Virus record (IMG/VR): IMGVR_UViG_3300035510_000379 | Span: 7,727 to 71,726 of that record | Direction: 5' to 3' (one strand) | DNA length: 64,000 bases | DNA from: a virus | Taxonomy: Duplodnaviria > Caudoviricetes | In this document: in pieces, positions 39,801-49,183 of the stretch | Layout of the letters: each line of letters begins with the position of its first letter | Numbering within the stretch: the first letter of the stretch is position 1 | Notes under the pieces: generated by a model | Databases searched by the model: none | What the model saw: only the letters and a program-made list of their open reading frames with translations | Told to the model about the DNA's origin: nothing | Translations under genes and position numbers: made by a program

Positions 39801-42800
39801 GGATAGAGATGTCGCATTAGCTTTAGAAAATCTTCCTTCTCTAACAGCTACATTTGCCCGTGAATATCATATTATAATGTCACAATGGGGGCTAAGAATG
39901 GATTGCGAATTAACCCGTTTCTTAGGCGTGAATGACGTTATTATAGATACAGTCCATGTAAGCACAGTACCTAATTTCCCTAATCTATATCAAGTAGACA
40001 TGGTTCTCTATTCTACTGATAGAAATTTAAGAAACCGCGAAATGCTTAAAAAATCTGAAATAGATAATTTTAAAAATGTATATACGAGCGGTCAAACGCA
40101 GGTAAGGGCATGGGAATATAGCCAGATAGATACCCTTTTATCGGAAACTGAATTATATCCAGATTTAGAGCTACCTACGATGAAAGAATTAAAAGATATG
40201 GGTTTTGAATTTTTAAGATACAGCAACGAAAAGCGAAAATATCCAGACCCAGATTTTTATTTTATATATGCTCATGTATTAACTTCGCAGTTAATAAGAG
40301 AATCTGTATTAAATTCTGTTGATATAGATATGGATAACTTTGATGTTAAATCTCCTAATGAAGGCGTTGACGTAACAAATAAATCCTCTGCTGATGCAGA
40401 AAAACAAATGCAAGAAGAATTTCAGTTAGGCAATACAGAACTGCAAGAAACGTACCAGACGCAAAAAAATAAAGAAGCCGTCAAAAATGCGATGACTTTT
40501 ATTGCGCAGCCAGAGAACTCAATAGAAGAAATATGGGTTGTATGTCCTACAATAAAAGTAGCGTTAGCTGAAAAGAATATAACCAATGAAATGACAGTAT
40601 GGTCTAAAAAAGATTATAATCAAACGTATGAAGAAGCCAACAAAACAAAATACGCATCTACTACAACAGAAGAAAATTCTTCAACGACAACAACGACAGA
40701 TACAGACAGCTATATTTTCAATAACGTACAATCTGTAAAAGAAAAAGTCTATGAAAATATAGATAATTATTTAAAAAACCCTATATCTGAATCTTCACAG
40801 CAAAGTAGTTCCGAAGGTGATTTCATTTTCCCTTGGTCTGATTTATGCTCAATATTAAAACCTATGGGTGTAACTACATTTAATGATGAAAGCGGAACAG
40901 CTGCTACTACGGCTAACGGAATGGTTTATGCTGCTGCGGCTGCTATGACAGGCAGACAGGAATATAATAAAGCTTCAAAAGATACGAGATGGAAACCTTA
41001 TCTTCGCTATTTTGAATATATAACAAGCGATTCAAAATATCCTGTTGGCTATTACGGCACAGCGTCAGAAGTAAGCAAAATGAAAGACCTGCTAGTAAAC
41101 GAAGGCGACAGCCGTTTAAAATTAGAGCAAATAAAGTGCTTTGGACCGTTCAAAATGCGTTTCTACACAATGGTGGAATATTGCGCAATTACTGACTTAT
41201 CTGTCGCGACAGATGAAAACACGCATACTTTTAAAGATATGTATTTACTTGACCCGTATTATACTAACGCTGAAGAAAAAGTTATTAGAGAATATATATA
41301 TAATTGCTGTACGAATACAACTTATGCGACAACGGCATTTTTTAGAATAGTCCTTGTATGGTTCAAAAAATTAATAAGAGATAATATAATTCCTTCGTAT
41401 GCTTTTGATATGCTCCGCGGAGTATTAAAAGATTCCGACAATATAGATACAATTTTAAAATCATTAGGTGTTTCCAATGCGTCAACTCTTTCTAAAACGT
41501 ATCAAGAATACTTTGCTAAAAACAGTAAGGCTTTAGATAAAGGCAAATTGTTAATAGCTATTCTCTGCGCTTTATATGGCTCTACAAATAACAAGTTTTA
41601 TACCAATTTGAGAAATAGAGATTATACTAACTTGGGAGCATTAACTAACTCTACATTCTCCGATAATAAAGCACCTAAAGATAATAGCGAAAAAGATACT
41701 TTATTCCGTAAATACAGCCTTGCCTTAGTAGGCAAAGGAGTAGTTGACAATGTAGATTTAGGTTCTGCGGGCAAAGGCAATAGCGATACTCCGTTTGTTG
41801 TAGACCAAAAAGAAAGAATGGACGAAGAAGTAGTTAAAGCAGGCAACGACCCGAAAAAATATTTATTGCATAGCTTTTATGATATGGTAGCGTATGATTG
41901 TCGAGGCAGAATGCTAAGAGCATTTCCAACGTATTATATGGTATTTATTGATGAAGGACGGCAAATTGGCGCATGGAAATTACACGATAATTTTTATACC
42001 TCAGCTTCAATTTCTGGCATTACAATTACTAAATCAAAAAATATTGCGGCAGATACGGCGCAGGTAACTATGTCGAATTTCTTTAATATTTACACCTCTG
42101 ACGATACAGAAATGAATTATAGCTATATCAACAATTATTCTGACATTATTCGTTCAATATGGACGCCGAGAGTACAAGAATACGCAGAAGAAGCAGAACA
42201 GATACGCTCTCAAATGAATAGTCCGACAGAAAGAGTTAAATTAAGAGCAGGTATCCGTATGCAGATAAGAATAGGCTATGGCTCTGACGCATCGGTAATC
42301 CCTGTAATGTTTAACGGCATGATAACTGACGTAGAAACCAATGAGGTAGTATCTTTTATTGCTCAAGGTGATGGCGCGGAATTATCAAAGCCATTATTGT
42401 ACGATAAAGACGCAATAGATATTCAATCAGACAATGACTTCTTTGGCACTTATACTTCAAGCGGCTGTACTCCGCAAAATATATTGAGAAGTATTTTAAC
42501 GAGTAATGGCTCATATATAAATACAGCAGCTAAAGGCACAGAATATGAATATTGGGCAGACGCTATTGGCACTCCTATGAATCCATACGGCATATATCAT
42601 TTTGGCGAAAAAACATTTATGTATTTCAATGATATGAGCGAACCATGTCAAAATATATTTGAATGTGGCATGGCAAGAAATCCCGCAAAAACTAAATATA
42701 ACTTTGTAAGTGAATATGAAGCCGATAAACAGCTCACTATTGACTTTCATTTATTCGGCAAAACTATGTGGGACGTTATGCACATCTGTCAAAGTGTTCA

Positions 42801-45063
42801 CCCGACCTATATAACTTCAATATTTCCGTTTAGCTTTAGGAGTTCAATATTCTACGGGCGACCGCATGATTATTGTGCTTATGCTTATAGACAGACAAGC
42901 AACGGCACTCTTTACGAAAAAAGAAAACCATTTCAGCAATATCACATCTATACGTCAGTAAGCGATATTATAAATAACTATATCACGACTTCGGTATCAA
43001 GTTTTAATACTTGCTGCGTAGGCGTATATGAAATGCAAGGCAGCTTTAACAGTAAAGACGTAGAACACACACAGCCTGTATGGTTAGATAAAGAAATATA
43101 TCCAGAATTTCAGCGAACATTTTATTGCGATACGAATTACTATGGCAGAGGCGGCAGAACTTGGGGAGCAGGCAGTGCTTTTTCTGACTTTTTTCTTGCA
43201 AGTATATTTAACTCCAGTAAATTCGATAGGATTTGCGATGAAACTGGTCAAGTAAAAAGCCATCATGCGATAGCTACAAGAATGACAGTAAACGCGTTAA
43301 AAGAATCAGTGCAGAATATGTATCAAGGTGCTTTTGTAGTAATCGGCGACCCGACAGTTAAACCTTACGACAGAATATTTATATCAGATACTTTTAATGA
43401 AATCCAAGGTTCAGTACTGGTTAGAGATGTGGTACATACTTTATCAGCAGAAGCAGGATTTACGACTACAATATATCCAGACTTAGTTGCCGTACCTACT
43501 GACAATGCCAATGACGAAGCATTTATTCATAATTGGGTAGGCTGTGTTGCGTCTACGGCTATATTATATTCCATGCAAGCAGCGTCAAATTATGTTACTA
43601 GCAGAATAATGAACGCTCTAGGAAAAGATGTTAAAAGTTTTATGAAAACATCTGAAATTGTGTCAAAAGCAGGTGAAATGACAAAACAGCTTGCCACTAA
43701 AGCTGAACAACAAATTGCTAAACGAAAAATGTTGCAGCAGATAGCAAGCAAACTTAATGTTCTTAGCAAAGCCCGCAACGTTATTTCCGCTGGCTCGGCG
43801 GCAGCAGAAGTTGCAGGAACAGCAGAAGCGGCAGGGGCGACAGCCGCAGAAGCAGTTGGAGGACAAGTAGCAAGACAATTAGGGTGGGGATTGGTACGGT
43901 CAGCCGCAACTACTGTTTTAGCACCTATAATTGCAAATCCAATAGCTGCTATTGGTCTTGCAATAGCAACGGCTTTGACTGTATATTTTGTAGGCAGTGC
44001 TTTAGACTGGTTAGCAAAAGAAATGAAAAATTCCCGTGCTTTAACTTTATTCCCGTTAAAGAAATATGGCAGACCTTTAGTAGCAGGTGTAGACGGCAAT
44101 AAATCATCTGTATATGGCTCTGTAAGCTATAATAAAGGCGATGAAGGACCATTTAGAAATGCTATGAATAATTTATATAATAATTATGTAAAAGACTCTG
44201 TAATGGGTGATGCCGCAAGTTTCTTAATGCCTGAAACTGTTTCAGCTCTATCTTCTTATACTGATTCAGCTTCGAGAAATAATCAGTCCATGGTAGACAA
44301 TGACCTTGCTCAAAAAGCATTAAATAGAGCAAGCGGAAGTCAATTAAATCTATATCAAAAAGCAGAATTAAATCCTCAGCTGCCTAGAGTTGATATGACA
44401 AATAAAGCTGATAAAGAAAGAATAATTAAAAGCATAGGCATACAAGGCAATACCGTTGACGCTATTAATGCTGATATGAAAATGAAAGACATGAAACCAG
44501 TCATTAAGAGCATTGCTCTTAAACAATATATAAACAATGAGTTTTTCGTAGTAATTCACGAAAGTCCTAACTTTAATACAGAGTTAAGCGAAAATATAAC
44601 TCCTATTGCTTTAAATATTGGCGGCACAAAGCCTATGCAGGTCAATGCTTTAAAATCCAAAACAAGCACTACAAATAAAGACGTTTACGATATTCCGTTT
44701 TTACATCAGTCGGCGTTAAATGTTTTAGAAGAATTAATAAAAGCAGCCTACAACAATGTTGAAGAAACATATAATGATGTAGATAAAATAGAGTTAAAGA
44801 AAAAGATGGCGCAAACGCAAATTGCTTTAACCTCTGCTTTAAAAGCAGGCTCAGATAAAAACTATGAATGTACAGGTCTTTCATTTACTCTAAGATGTAC
44901 TAATGATACGGCTTATAAAGGATTATGCGCGGCAATAACAACGATAGATAATAATTTCGCAGAAGCTAAAAAAGTGCATTCATCGTACACCGACACTCCG
45001 TTTTATACTAAAAAAGATGATGCGAACAAACAAGTATTTATAACTGTAAAAATGCTTGGCTAA
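36886..45063 (+). CDS. Giant baseplate hub/tail-tip protein (2725 aa) with N-terminal SNase-like nuclease domain
   Basis: VVDGDTI (37147), RLAFINAAE (37306) and DAYGR (37882). Later hub-like segments (MQIRIGYG..MFNGMI, KTMWDVM, AFVVIGDPTVKPYD.IFI, VRDVVHTLS...GFTT); A/G-rich hydrophobic stretch near the C-terminus. Confidence 0.6.
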   Translation: MSEVVNSTSVLPDMSDFYYDAQDGYQFVKTDKIFKTTDIASAADGKFYTEEPPDLGYNSQYKVVCVQYYKSNDGIGSYDEQFIDGMKVVDGDTIYFNVDNFKYGDDESKKYIEEITQANLKTANDALGSNPDCHAGVLITRLAFINAAELPHFDAVGTRDSFSSDIDIKTLSYSDVAKSGDYIYSNYKSFMSTDSSAKIPTNFTDKSSMNSYDTKYKDTDTLSFVNVGNKKLRQCFTKNGNLYLLTTQDESQPATIADAGLARDLVVSALHQATEIRIAINLSTLAKSADMAEKVAEYKDSDNILTAITKLYKGFNGDLPRFLSVGFNALGLDAYGRAVCVVYCKVGGIWININKLVICKTPKSTQNTDFTMSDMFDPSSYQYADKVYADNVYSATAKNDDRLVVHGKISKLASIEAMTNWSVLLGDILLLVPPTSINKVNMTKSEYLQPMRARGKMFKNSCKTQELIEMELYFCGDTGINGTPYEVTLNGKKLTYYLDGLRSLIAQFKVCPFLPIQNEFINDVLHIQAVTLSSINISTVPMYPKLLKVNLQLSDFDYRVYMPEIPLEEDGLSDKNYFAEQIYYPLMRYYYQRMIMDGERIKDLEFNSKEYINKASETHDYYVKTCLEPMKFKDSTVRFYVPNKEALDIKKQKKVQQLQDSTTMTFDNTDKELVGEFNKITTALDSFKNSDECKALDTYNKDSNTDYEFYTGGTPVLDYLDEAISYASGGCYLYIVNRESKQIVAVNCDNRIDAAVEKVKSEMQNATTKSGSPLCECIGTTPLTSVISSDGSYVTVGRTVMFKINIDTVGKETSYKKLKDTAATSNSGTITADEIFKDNKISYRIYITLYRNGDYGLGLAVYALQCGTDNAWSYEVETESTKNFLQYCSALGNKSELNQDLTNKNVSATVDWETNDGIEYDLYNDGSNLVVTNCTMSMSNTFTNITLQSTNGIAPQFMGGSEVAINMTITTWDRDVALALENLPSLTATFAREYHIIMSQWGLRMDCELTRFLGVNDVIIDTVHVSTVPNFPNLYQVDMVLYSTDRNLRNREMLKKSEIDNFKNVYTSGQTQVRAWEYSQIDTLLSETELYPDLELPTMKELKDMGFEFLRYSNEKRKYPDPDFYFIYAHVLTSQLIRESVLNSVDIDMDNFDVKSPNEGVDVTNKSSADAEKQMQEEFQLGNTELQETYQTQKNKEAVKNAMTFIAQPENSIEEIWVVCPTIKVALAEKNITNEMTVWSKKDYNQTYEEANKTKYASTTTEENSSTTTTTDTDSYIFNNVQSVKEKVYENIDNYLKNPISESSQQSSSEGDFIFPWSDLCSILKPMGVTTFNDESGTAATTANGMVYAAAAAMTGRQEYNKASKDTRWKPYLRYFEYITSDSKYPVGYYGTASEVSKMKDLLVNEGDSRLKLEQIKCFGPFKMRFYTMVEYCAITDLSVATDENTHTFKDMYLLDPYYTNAEEKVIREYIYNCCTNTTYATTAFFRIVLVWFKKLIRDNIIPSYAFDMLRGVLKDSDNIDTILKSLGVSNASTLSKTYQEYFAKNSKALDKGKLLIAILCALYGSTNNKFYTNLRNRDYTNLGALTNSTFSDNKAPKDNSEKDTLFRKYSLALVGKGVVDNVDLGSAGKGNSDTPFVVDQKERMDEEVVKAGNDPKKYLLHSFYDMVAYDCRGRMLRAFPTYYMVFIDEGRQIGAWKLHDNFYTSASISGITITKSKNIAADTAQVTMSNFFNIYTSDDTEMNYSYINNYSDIIRSIWTPRVQEYAEEAEQIRSQMNSPTERVKLRAGIRMQIRIGYGSDASVIPVMFNGMITDVETNEVVSFIAQGDGAELSKPLLYDKDAIDIQSDNDFFGTYTSSGCTPQNILRSILTSNGSYINTAAKGTEYEYWADAIGTPMNPYGIYHFGEKTFMYFNDMSEPCQNIFECGMARNPAKTKYNFVSEYEADKQLTIDFHLFGKTMWDVMHICQSVHPTYITSIFPFSFRSSIFYGRPHDYCAYAYRQTSNGTLYEKRKPFQQYHIYTSVSDIINNYITTSVSSFNTCCVGVYEMQGSFNSKDVEHTQPVWLDKEIYPEFQRTFYCDTNYYGRGGRTWGAGSAFSDFFLASIFNSSKFDRICDETGQVKSHHAIATRMTVNALKESVQNMYQGAFVVIGDPTVKPYDRIFISDTFNEIQGSVLVRDVVHTLSAEAGFTTTIYPDLVAVPTDNANDEAFIHNWVGCVASTAILYSMQAASNYVTSRIMNALGKDVKSFMKTSEIVSKAGEMTKQLATKAEQQIAKRKMLQQIASKLNVLSKARNVISAGSAAAEVAGTAEAAGATAAEAVGGQVARQLGWGLVRSAATTVLAPIIANPIAAIGLAIATALTVYFVGSALDWLAKEMKNSRALTLFPLKKYGRPLVAGVDGNKSSVYGSVSYNKGDEGPFRNAMNNLYNNYVKDSVMGDAASFLMPETVSALSSYTDSASRNNQSMVDNDLAQKALNRASGSQLNLYQKAELNPQLPRVDMTNKADKERIIKSIGIQGNTVDAINADMKMKDMKPVIKSIALKQYINNEFFVVIHESPNFNTELSENITPIALNIGGTKPMQVNALKSKTSTTNKDVYDIPFLHQSALNVLEELIKAAYNNVEETYNDVDKIELKKKMAQTQIALTSALKAGSDKNYECTGLSFTLRCTNDTAYKGLCAAITTIDNNFAEAKKVHSSYTDTPFYTKKDDANKQVFITVKMLG

Positions 45064-45114
45064 AAAATAAATATAAATAAAAAATAAGTAAAAAGAGAAA
45101 AGAGATTTTTTATT

Positions 45115-45486
45115 ATGATTGTTACAGGCTTAAAGAATATTTTAAATGACACCTTAATATCTACAAACAATAGAAATATGAGCAGTTTCATCACGGTGGG
45201 CAAAGTAATGTCTGCCGATGAAACTTCTAATAAATGTACTGTATGGCATAAAAATAGAATGGGTGAAATGCAGGCAACGGAAGATATGGTCGTCGATTTA
45301 AGAAACGGCGACCAATGGTTTCCGAATGAAGGAGATGTAGTCTTAATAGACGTGACGCAAATGCCCGGAGTTATTCTTCATCAATACACTGATAACTATG
45401 CCGCTGACGTTCGCGCAAAAAAGAAACTTGAAAAAGATGTTTTAATGGATAATACGGTAAGCACATACGGCGGCTCTATATTATAA
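45115..45486 (+). CDS. Putative baseplate spike/OB-fold protein
   Basis: TVGKV..NKCTV and WFPNEGDVVLI resemble the gp5/gpV N-terminal OB pattern; follows the hub gene. Confidence 0.45.
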   Translation: MIVTGLKNILNDTLISTNNRNMSSFITVGKVMSADETSNKCTVWHKNRMGEMQATEDMVVDLRNGDQWFPNEGDVVLIDVTQMPGVILHQYTDNYAADVRAKKKLEKDVLMDNTVSTYGGSIL

Positions 45487-45517
45487 TTTTTGCAGAAAAT
45501 AAGAGAGGTGATTTTTT

Positions 45518-46750
45518 ATGGCTCTTGGAACAAAATCTTCTTCAACGACAGATACTACAACAGACACTACAACAAGTGATTCCACATCGACAACGAGCAG
45601 TACAGATACGTCAAGCGAGAATCTTAAAGTAAATATTCAGCAAGATACTCCAAAAAACTTTTCAAATAAATTTAACGAAAGAAAAAGCGATGCTGAATAT
45701 CCAAGCAGAACTAAAGATGCAGGCTTAATAAACGAAGTAGAGAAAACATCTATAATGCTTAAAAATGGCGGTGTTAGTTTAGCAGCCACTACATTGTGCA
45801 GCCTTAAATTGCAATACGATAATACTTTAACTACTACTAGCTACGAAAAGACTGATTATAATAATCGCCAAAAATTTGTAACTGATGAAATATTGGTAAA
45901 CGGTCATAAAATGAATCCTCACTTATGGCAGCTTACTGATTTTAAAACAATAGATATTTTATCGAATACATATTATCTTGGCGACTTAACTTTTGATGGT
46001 GCAGTTTTAAGCAAGGTTTGGGATACTATGCTCGGCAAATACGTTTTAATGCGCGTACCGTATAGAAGCAGGCTATTTGGCAGAATAACTGATGTTCCAT
46101 GTATAAATAACGCTTTAAACGTAGCTGATTCGAGTAAGGTAGTAACGAATTATGATACGAAACAAACAACTGTATCAGCAGGAGAATGGTATAAAAATGT
46201 AAGTGCTGCTGTGCAAGAATCTCAAGATGACGGCAAAATGGTTCCTCGTACAAATGCAGATGGCACTATTACAGAAACTACTACAAAGAAAACTGGCGAC
46301 AATCAAACCACTACGACAGAGGTTATTAAAGATAAGGACGGTAATACAATAAGTAGCAAAAAAACAGTAACTACTACCGAAGATGGCAAGACCACAACCG
46401 TAGTTGAAAATTATGATAAAGACGGCAAACGCGTTGGAGAGCCAGAAACTAAAACAGTAGCGGCACAAAACTCTGGCACGTCCGTTGCTGAATACGAAAT
46501 ATACTATAAAGACGGCGGTACTACTCATGCTTTAATTAACGTATCTTATGTAAAAAATACTTCTAATAAAATACATAGACAAATAAGGCTTACTGATAAA
46601 TGCAAAGAATCAGGTTCGCTTATTAAAAATAGAGATGATGATTTTGACGCTAACCTTAATTGTGGCGATGATATGAACACTATTTTATCGACAGCTAAAA
46701 TGGAACTAGGCAGTCAATATCCAGAAGGATTAGGGGCTAAGAAGAAATGA
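45518..46750 (+). CDS. Baseplate-region protein with Thr-rich segments
   Basis: S/T-rich N-terminus and repeated TTT..DKDG elements; position in baseplate cluster. Confidence 0.4.
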   Translation: MALGTKSSSTTDTTTDTTTSDSTSTTSSTDTSSENLKVNIQQDTPKNFSNKFNERKSDAEYPSRTKDAGLINEVEKTSIMLKNGGVSLAATTLCSLKLQYDNTLTTTSYEKTDYNNRQKFVTDEILVNGHKMNPHLWQLTDFKTIDILSNTYYLGDLTFDGAVLSKVWDTMLGKYVLMRVPYRSRLFGRITDVPCINNALNVADSSKVVTNYDTKQTTVSAGEWYKNVSAAVQESQDDGKMVPRTNADGTITETTTKKTGDNQTTTTEVIKDKDGNTISSKKTVTTTEDGKTTTVVENYDKDGKRVGEPETKTVAAQNSGTSVAEYEIYYKDGGTTHALINVSYVKNTSNKIHRQIRLTDKCKESGSLIKNRDDDFDANLNCGDDMNTILSTAKMELGSQYPEGLGAKKK

Positions 46751-47793
46751 GTACGACAACAAGTGTAAACAGTTTAGTAAGTTCAGTTAAAAGCAGTGCA
46801 ACCTCTGGAACATCGGCATCGTCCTTGTCATCAGAGTTAAGCAAATTAGCTTCAAGTGCTGTAAGCAGCTCAACATCTTCTTCAAAGAAAACCACTTCTA
46901 CAAGCAAAACAACGACAAGCGAAACTAAAACTGCCGCAGAATCTAAAGTAAAAGAAGTAGCAAAATCTGCGTCCGATAATGCAACAGAAAAAACAACGGC
47001 TGCCGTTAAAGACTTAAAAAGCAGCACAGAAACAGAAACGACATTAAGTGATGAAACGGCTCGTAGTCTTGTTACATCGGCAGGTATTGAATCAGTTGAA
47101 GAAACGGCTAAAAAAACAGAAAAGTTTTCTTCGATGAGTAACGATGAGAAAAAGTTTACTGTAAAATCTATTTATAATCAAACTTTAGGTAATCAAGAAT
47201 TTATGGATGCTCAAGTAGCATCTGTACAAAATGAAGTAGCTAAATCTATTCAATCTGAAATAAATTCACAAACTAAGACATTAACCAATTCATTATTTTC
47301 TAATGTAAATACGACTGTTGGCACTAACGCTATTCAACCATTAAATAATTTAAGTACAAAAGTAGGTAATGTCGCAAATAAAATAAATAAATTATCTACC
47401 GCATCAGTAGAAAAACAAATAAATATTAAACTTACTGACGTTGTTGGAGCAGATTCTATAAGCAAAAAATTAAAAAATGATTCCACTTTAAAGATTTTTG
47501 AGCCAGCTATAACTAATGTTCTAAAAAGCACAACAGCAAGTATTTCAGTAGATATTTTAGACGATAAAATGCAGTCAAAAATTAAAGCAAGGCAAGAAGA
47601 ATTAGCCGAGCAATATAAGAACGTAAAAGAACTTCAAGAATCAATTACGTTTCAAAAGACGCAGCTTACCAATGCCATTAACGAAGCAAAGAATACTTTG
47701 CAGAACGAAATTAAGAAATTTACTGACCAAGTTATCAGCGATATTAAATCCAAAGTTTCAGTAGATACAAGCAGCATTAAATTGAAAAAATAA
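46747..47793 (+). CDS. Hypothetical S/T/K-rich coiled-coil protein
   Basis: 4-bp ATGA overlap with the previous gene; low-complexity N-terminus and heptad C-terminus. Confidence 0.4.
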   Translation: MSTTTSVNSLVSSVKSSATSGTSASSLSSELSKLASSAVSSSTSSSKKTTSTSKTTTSETKTAAESKVKEVAKSASDNATEKTTAAVKDLKSSTETETTLSDETARSLVTSAGIESVEETAKKTEKFSSMSNDEKKFTVKSIYNQTLGNQEFMDAQVASVQNEVAKSIQSEINSQTKTLTNSLFSNVNTTVGTNAIQPLNNLSTKVGNVANKINKLSTASVEKQINIKLTDVVGADSISKKLKNDSTLKIFEPAITNVLKSTTASISVDILDDKMQSKIKARQEELAEQYKNVKELQESITFQKTQLTNAINEAKNTLQNEIKKFTDQVISDIKSKVSVDTSSIKLKK

Positions 47794-47806
47794 GGACTAA
47801 ATATAT

Positions 47807-48355
47807 ATGTCATATTTTGATTTAAAATTAACAGACTCTGGCGATATAGCTACCGAATTAAGCACTGTCGTCAGCAGTTTTAATATAAATTTTGATTACG
47901 AGCAATATCCCAATCAAAGAATAAATTTTATATCTTACAGCAATATTTCTAATGACGAAAATAAAAATACTGAAAATAATATACAGTCAATAACTTTTGC
48001 CGTAGCAGATAAAAATACTTATAAATTAGCAAATAAAACGCTGTATGATTTAGAAGAAAAAATCCAATATATTAAAATGGTTTTAAAGACCGAACTTGAC
48101 AGTACAGAAAATGATGATTTTGGCAGCGAAATTTATCAATATAAACACGCGATTTTAACGACCAATTCTGAAACGGTAAAAGAAACAGTAAGACTTATGC
48201 TTGACAATATAGTTTCAGAAGTATTGGACGGAGCGAGAGTAGAGATAAGCGATGATTTAGATACTGTCGAAAACAGCGGCTATTTTTACTGTCAGTCTTT
48301 AATAGCCAAAATATATATGGATAATATGCTTATAACAAAATTCACGATATTTTAA
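47807..48355 (+). CDS. Putative baseplate wedge/sheath initiator (gp25/XkdS-like)
   Basis: DLKLTDSGDI N-terminus, QYIKMVLKTE...FGSEI; directly upstream of the baseplate J-like gene. Confidence 0.5.
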   Translation: MSYFDLKLTDSGDIATELSTVVSSFNINFDYEQYPNQRINFISYSNISNDENKNTENNIQSITFAVADKNTYKLANKTLYDLEEKIQYIKMVLKTELDSTENDDFGSEIYQYKHAILTTNSETVKETVRLMLDNIVSEVLDGARVEISDDLDTVENSGYFYCQSLIAKIYMDNMLITKFTIF

Positions 48356-48388
48356 TATATAAATCTATAAGGCAGGTGAATCATAACA

Positions 48389-49177
48389 TTGAGAACTTTT
48401 AGCGAAATCAAAGCAGATTTATTACAGAGGTTTACTGACCTTACGAATAAAGAGGTACGGGAAACGTCAGCATTAGGTTTAATGACGGCGGCATTTTCTA
48501 AAGAATTGGGTACGGCATATCAAGAAATAGAAGATGCCAAAAATCCTCATATCTACACTAATTTAGATACGGACGGATTAAATGCCACAGGTACATTCGT
48601 AAATGTAACAAGACAAGATGATGAATCAGATGATTCTTATTTATATAGAATAATGAACTGGACTTATTTAAAAGAATCTAGCAACGAAACCGCTATTAAT
48701 GATTCACTATTAAATCTGACTTATGCTTCAAACGCTCAATTTGTTAAAAATACTAAAGGTGCTGGCACTGGCACAATTTATATAATTCCTCTCGTTTATG
48801 ACGATGAAACGCAAAATAATGCTTTAACAGAAGTGAAGGATAGAATTAAAAACGTATTAAGCCCTCTGTCATATATAGAATACGTTATACCTACGATACG
48901 TCCTGTACAGCTGATAATAAAAATAGAATCATCGAACGGCGATTTAAGCTATTTAAAGACGGCTATAACTTCGCAAATAGAGGATTACATAAATGCTATT
49001 GCACCTAATGATTATATGAAATTAGGCAAAATTAATTCTATCGGACAAAATACAAACCTTGTTGATTATTTTGTCGTAACTGGATTATACGTTGACGGCG
49101 AAGTAGTTACAAAAACTAACGTATTGCAAGGTATAGATACTAAGCTGATATTCAACGAAATAGTATGGGAAGATTAA
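48389..49177 (+). CDS. Baseplate J-like protein
   Basis: TTG start after AGGTGA; RTFSEI, LDTDGLNATG..V.RQ.DESDDSY..RI, GAGTGTIYI, IEDYINAI patterns. Confidence 0.65.
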   Translation: MRTFSEIKADLLQRFTDLTNKEVRETSALGLMTAAFSKELGTAYQEIEDAKNPHIYTNLDTDGLNATGTFVNVTRQDDESDDSYLYRIMNWTYLKESSNETAINDSLLNLTYASNAQFVKNTKGAGTGTIYIIPLVYDDETQNNALTEVKDRIKNVLSPLSYIEYVIPTIRPVQLIIKIESSNGDLSYLKTAITSQIEDYINAIAPNDYMKLGKINSIGQNTNLVDYFVVTGLYVDGEVVTKTNVLQGIDTKLIFNEIVWED

Positions 49178-49183
49178 TAACGC

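Noticed and set aside
9343-49177. Stand-alone contractile injection system or tailocin
   Set aside because: Portal, prohead protease and major capsid genes are contiguous upstream, so this is a phage virion module.
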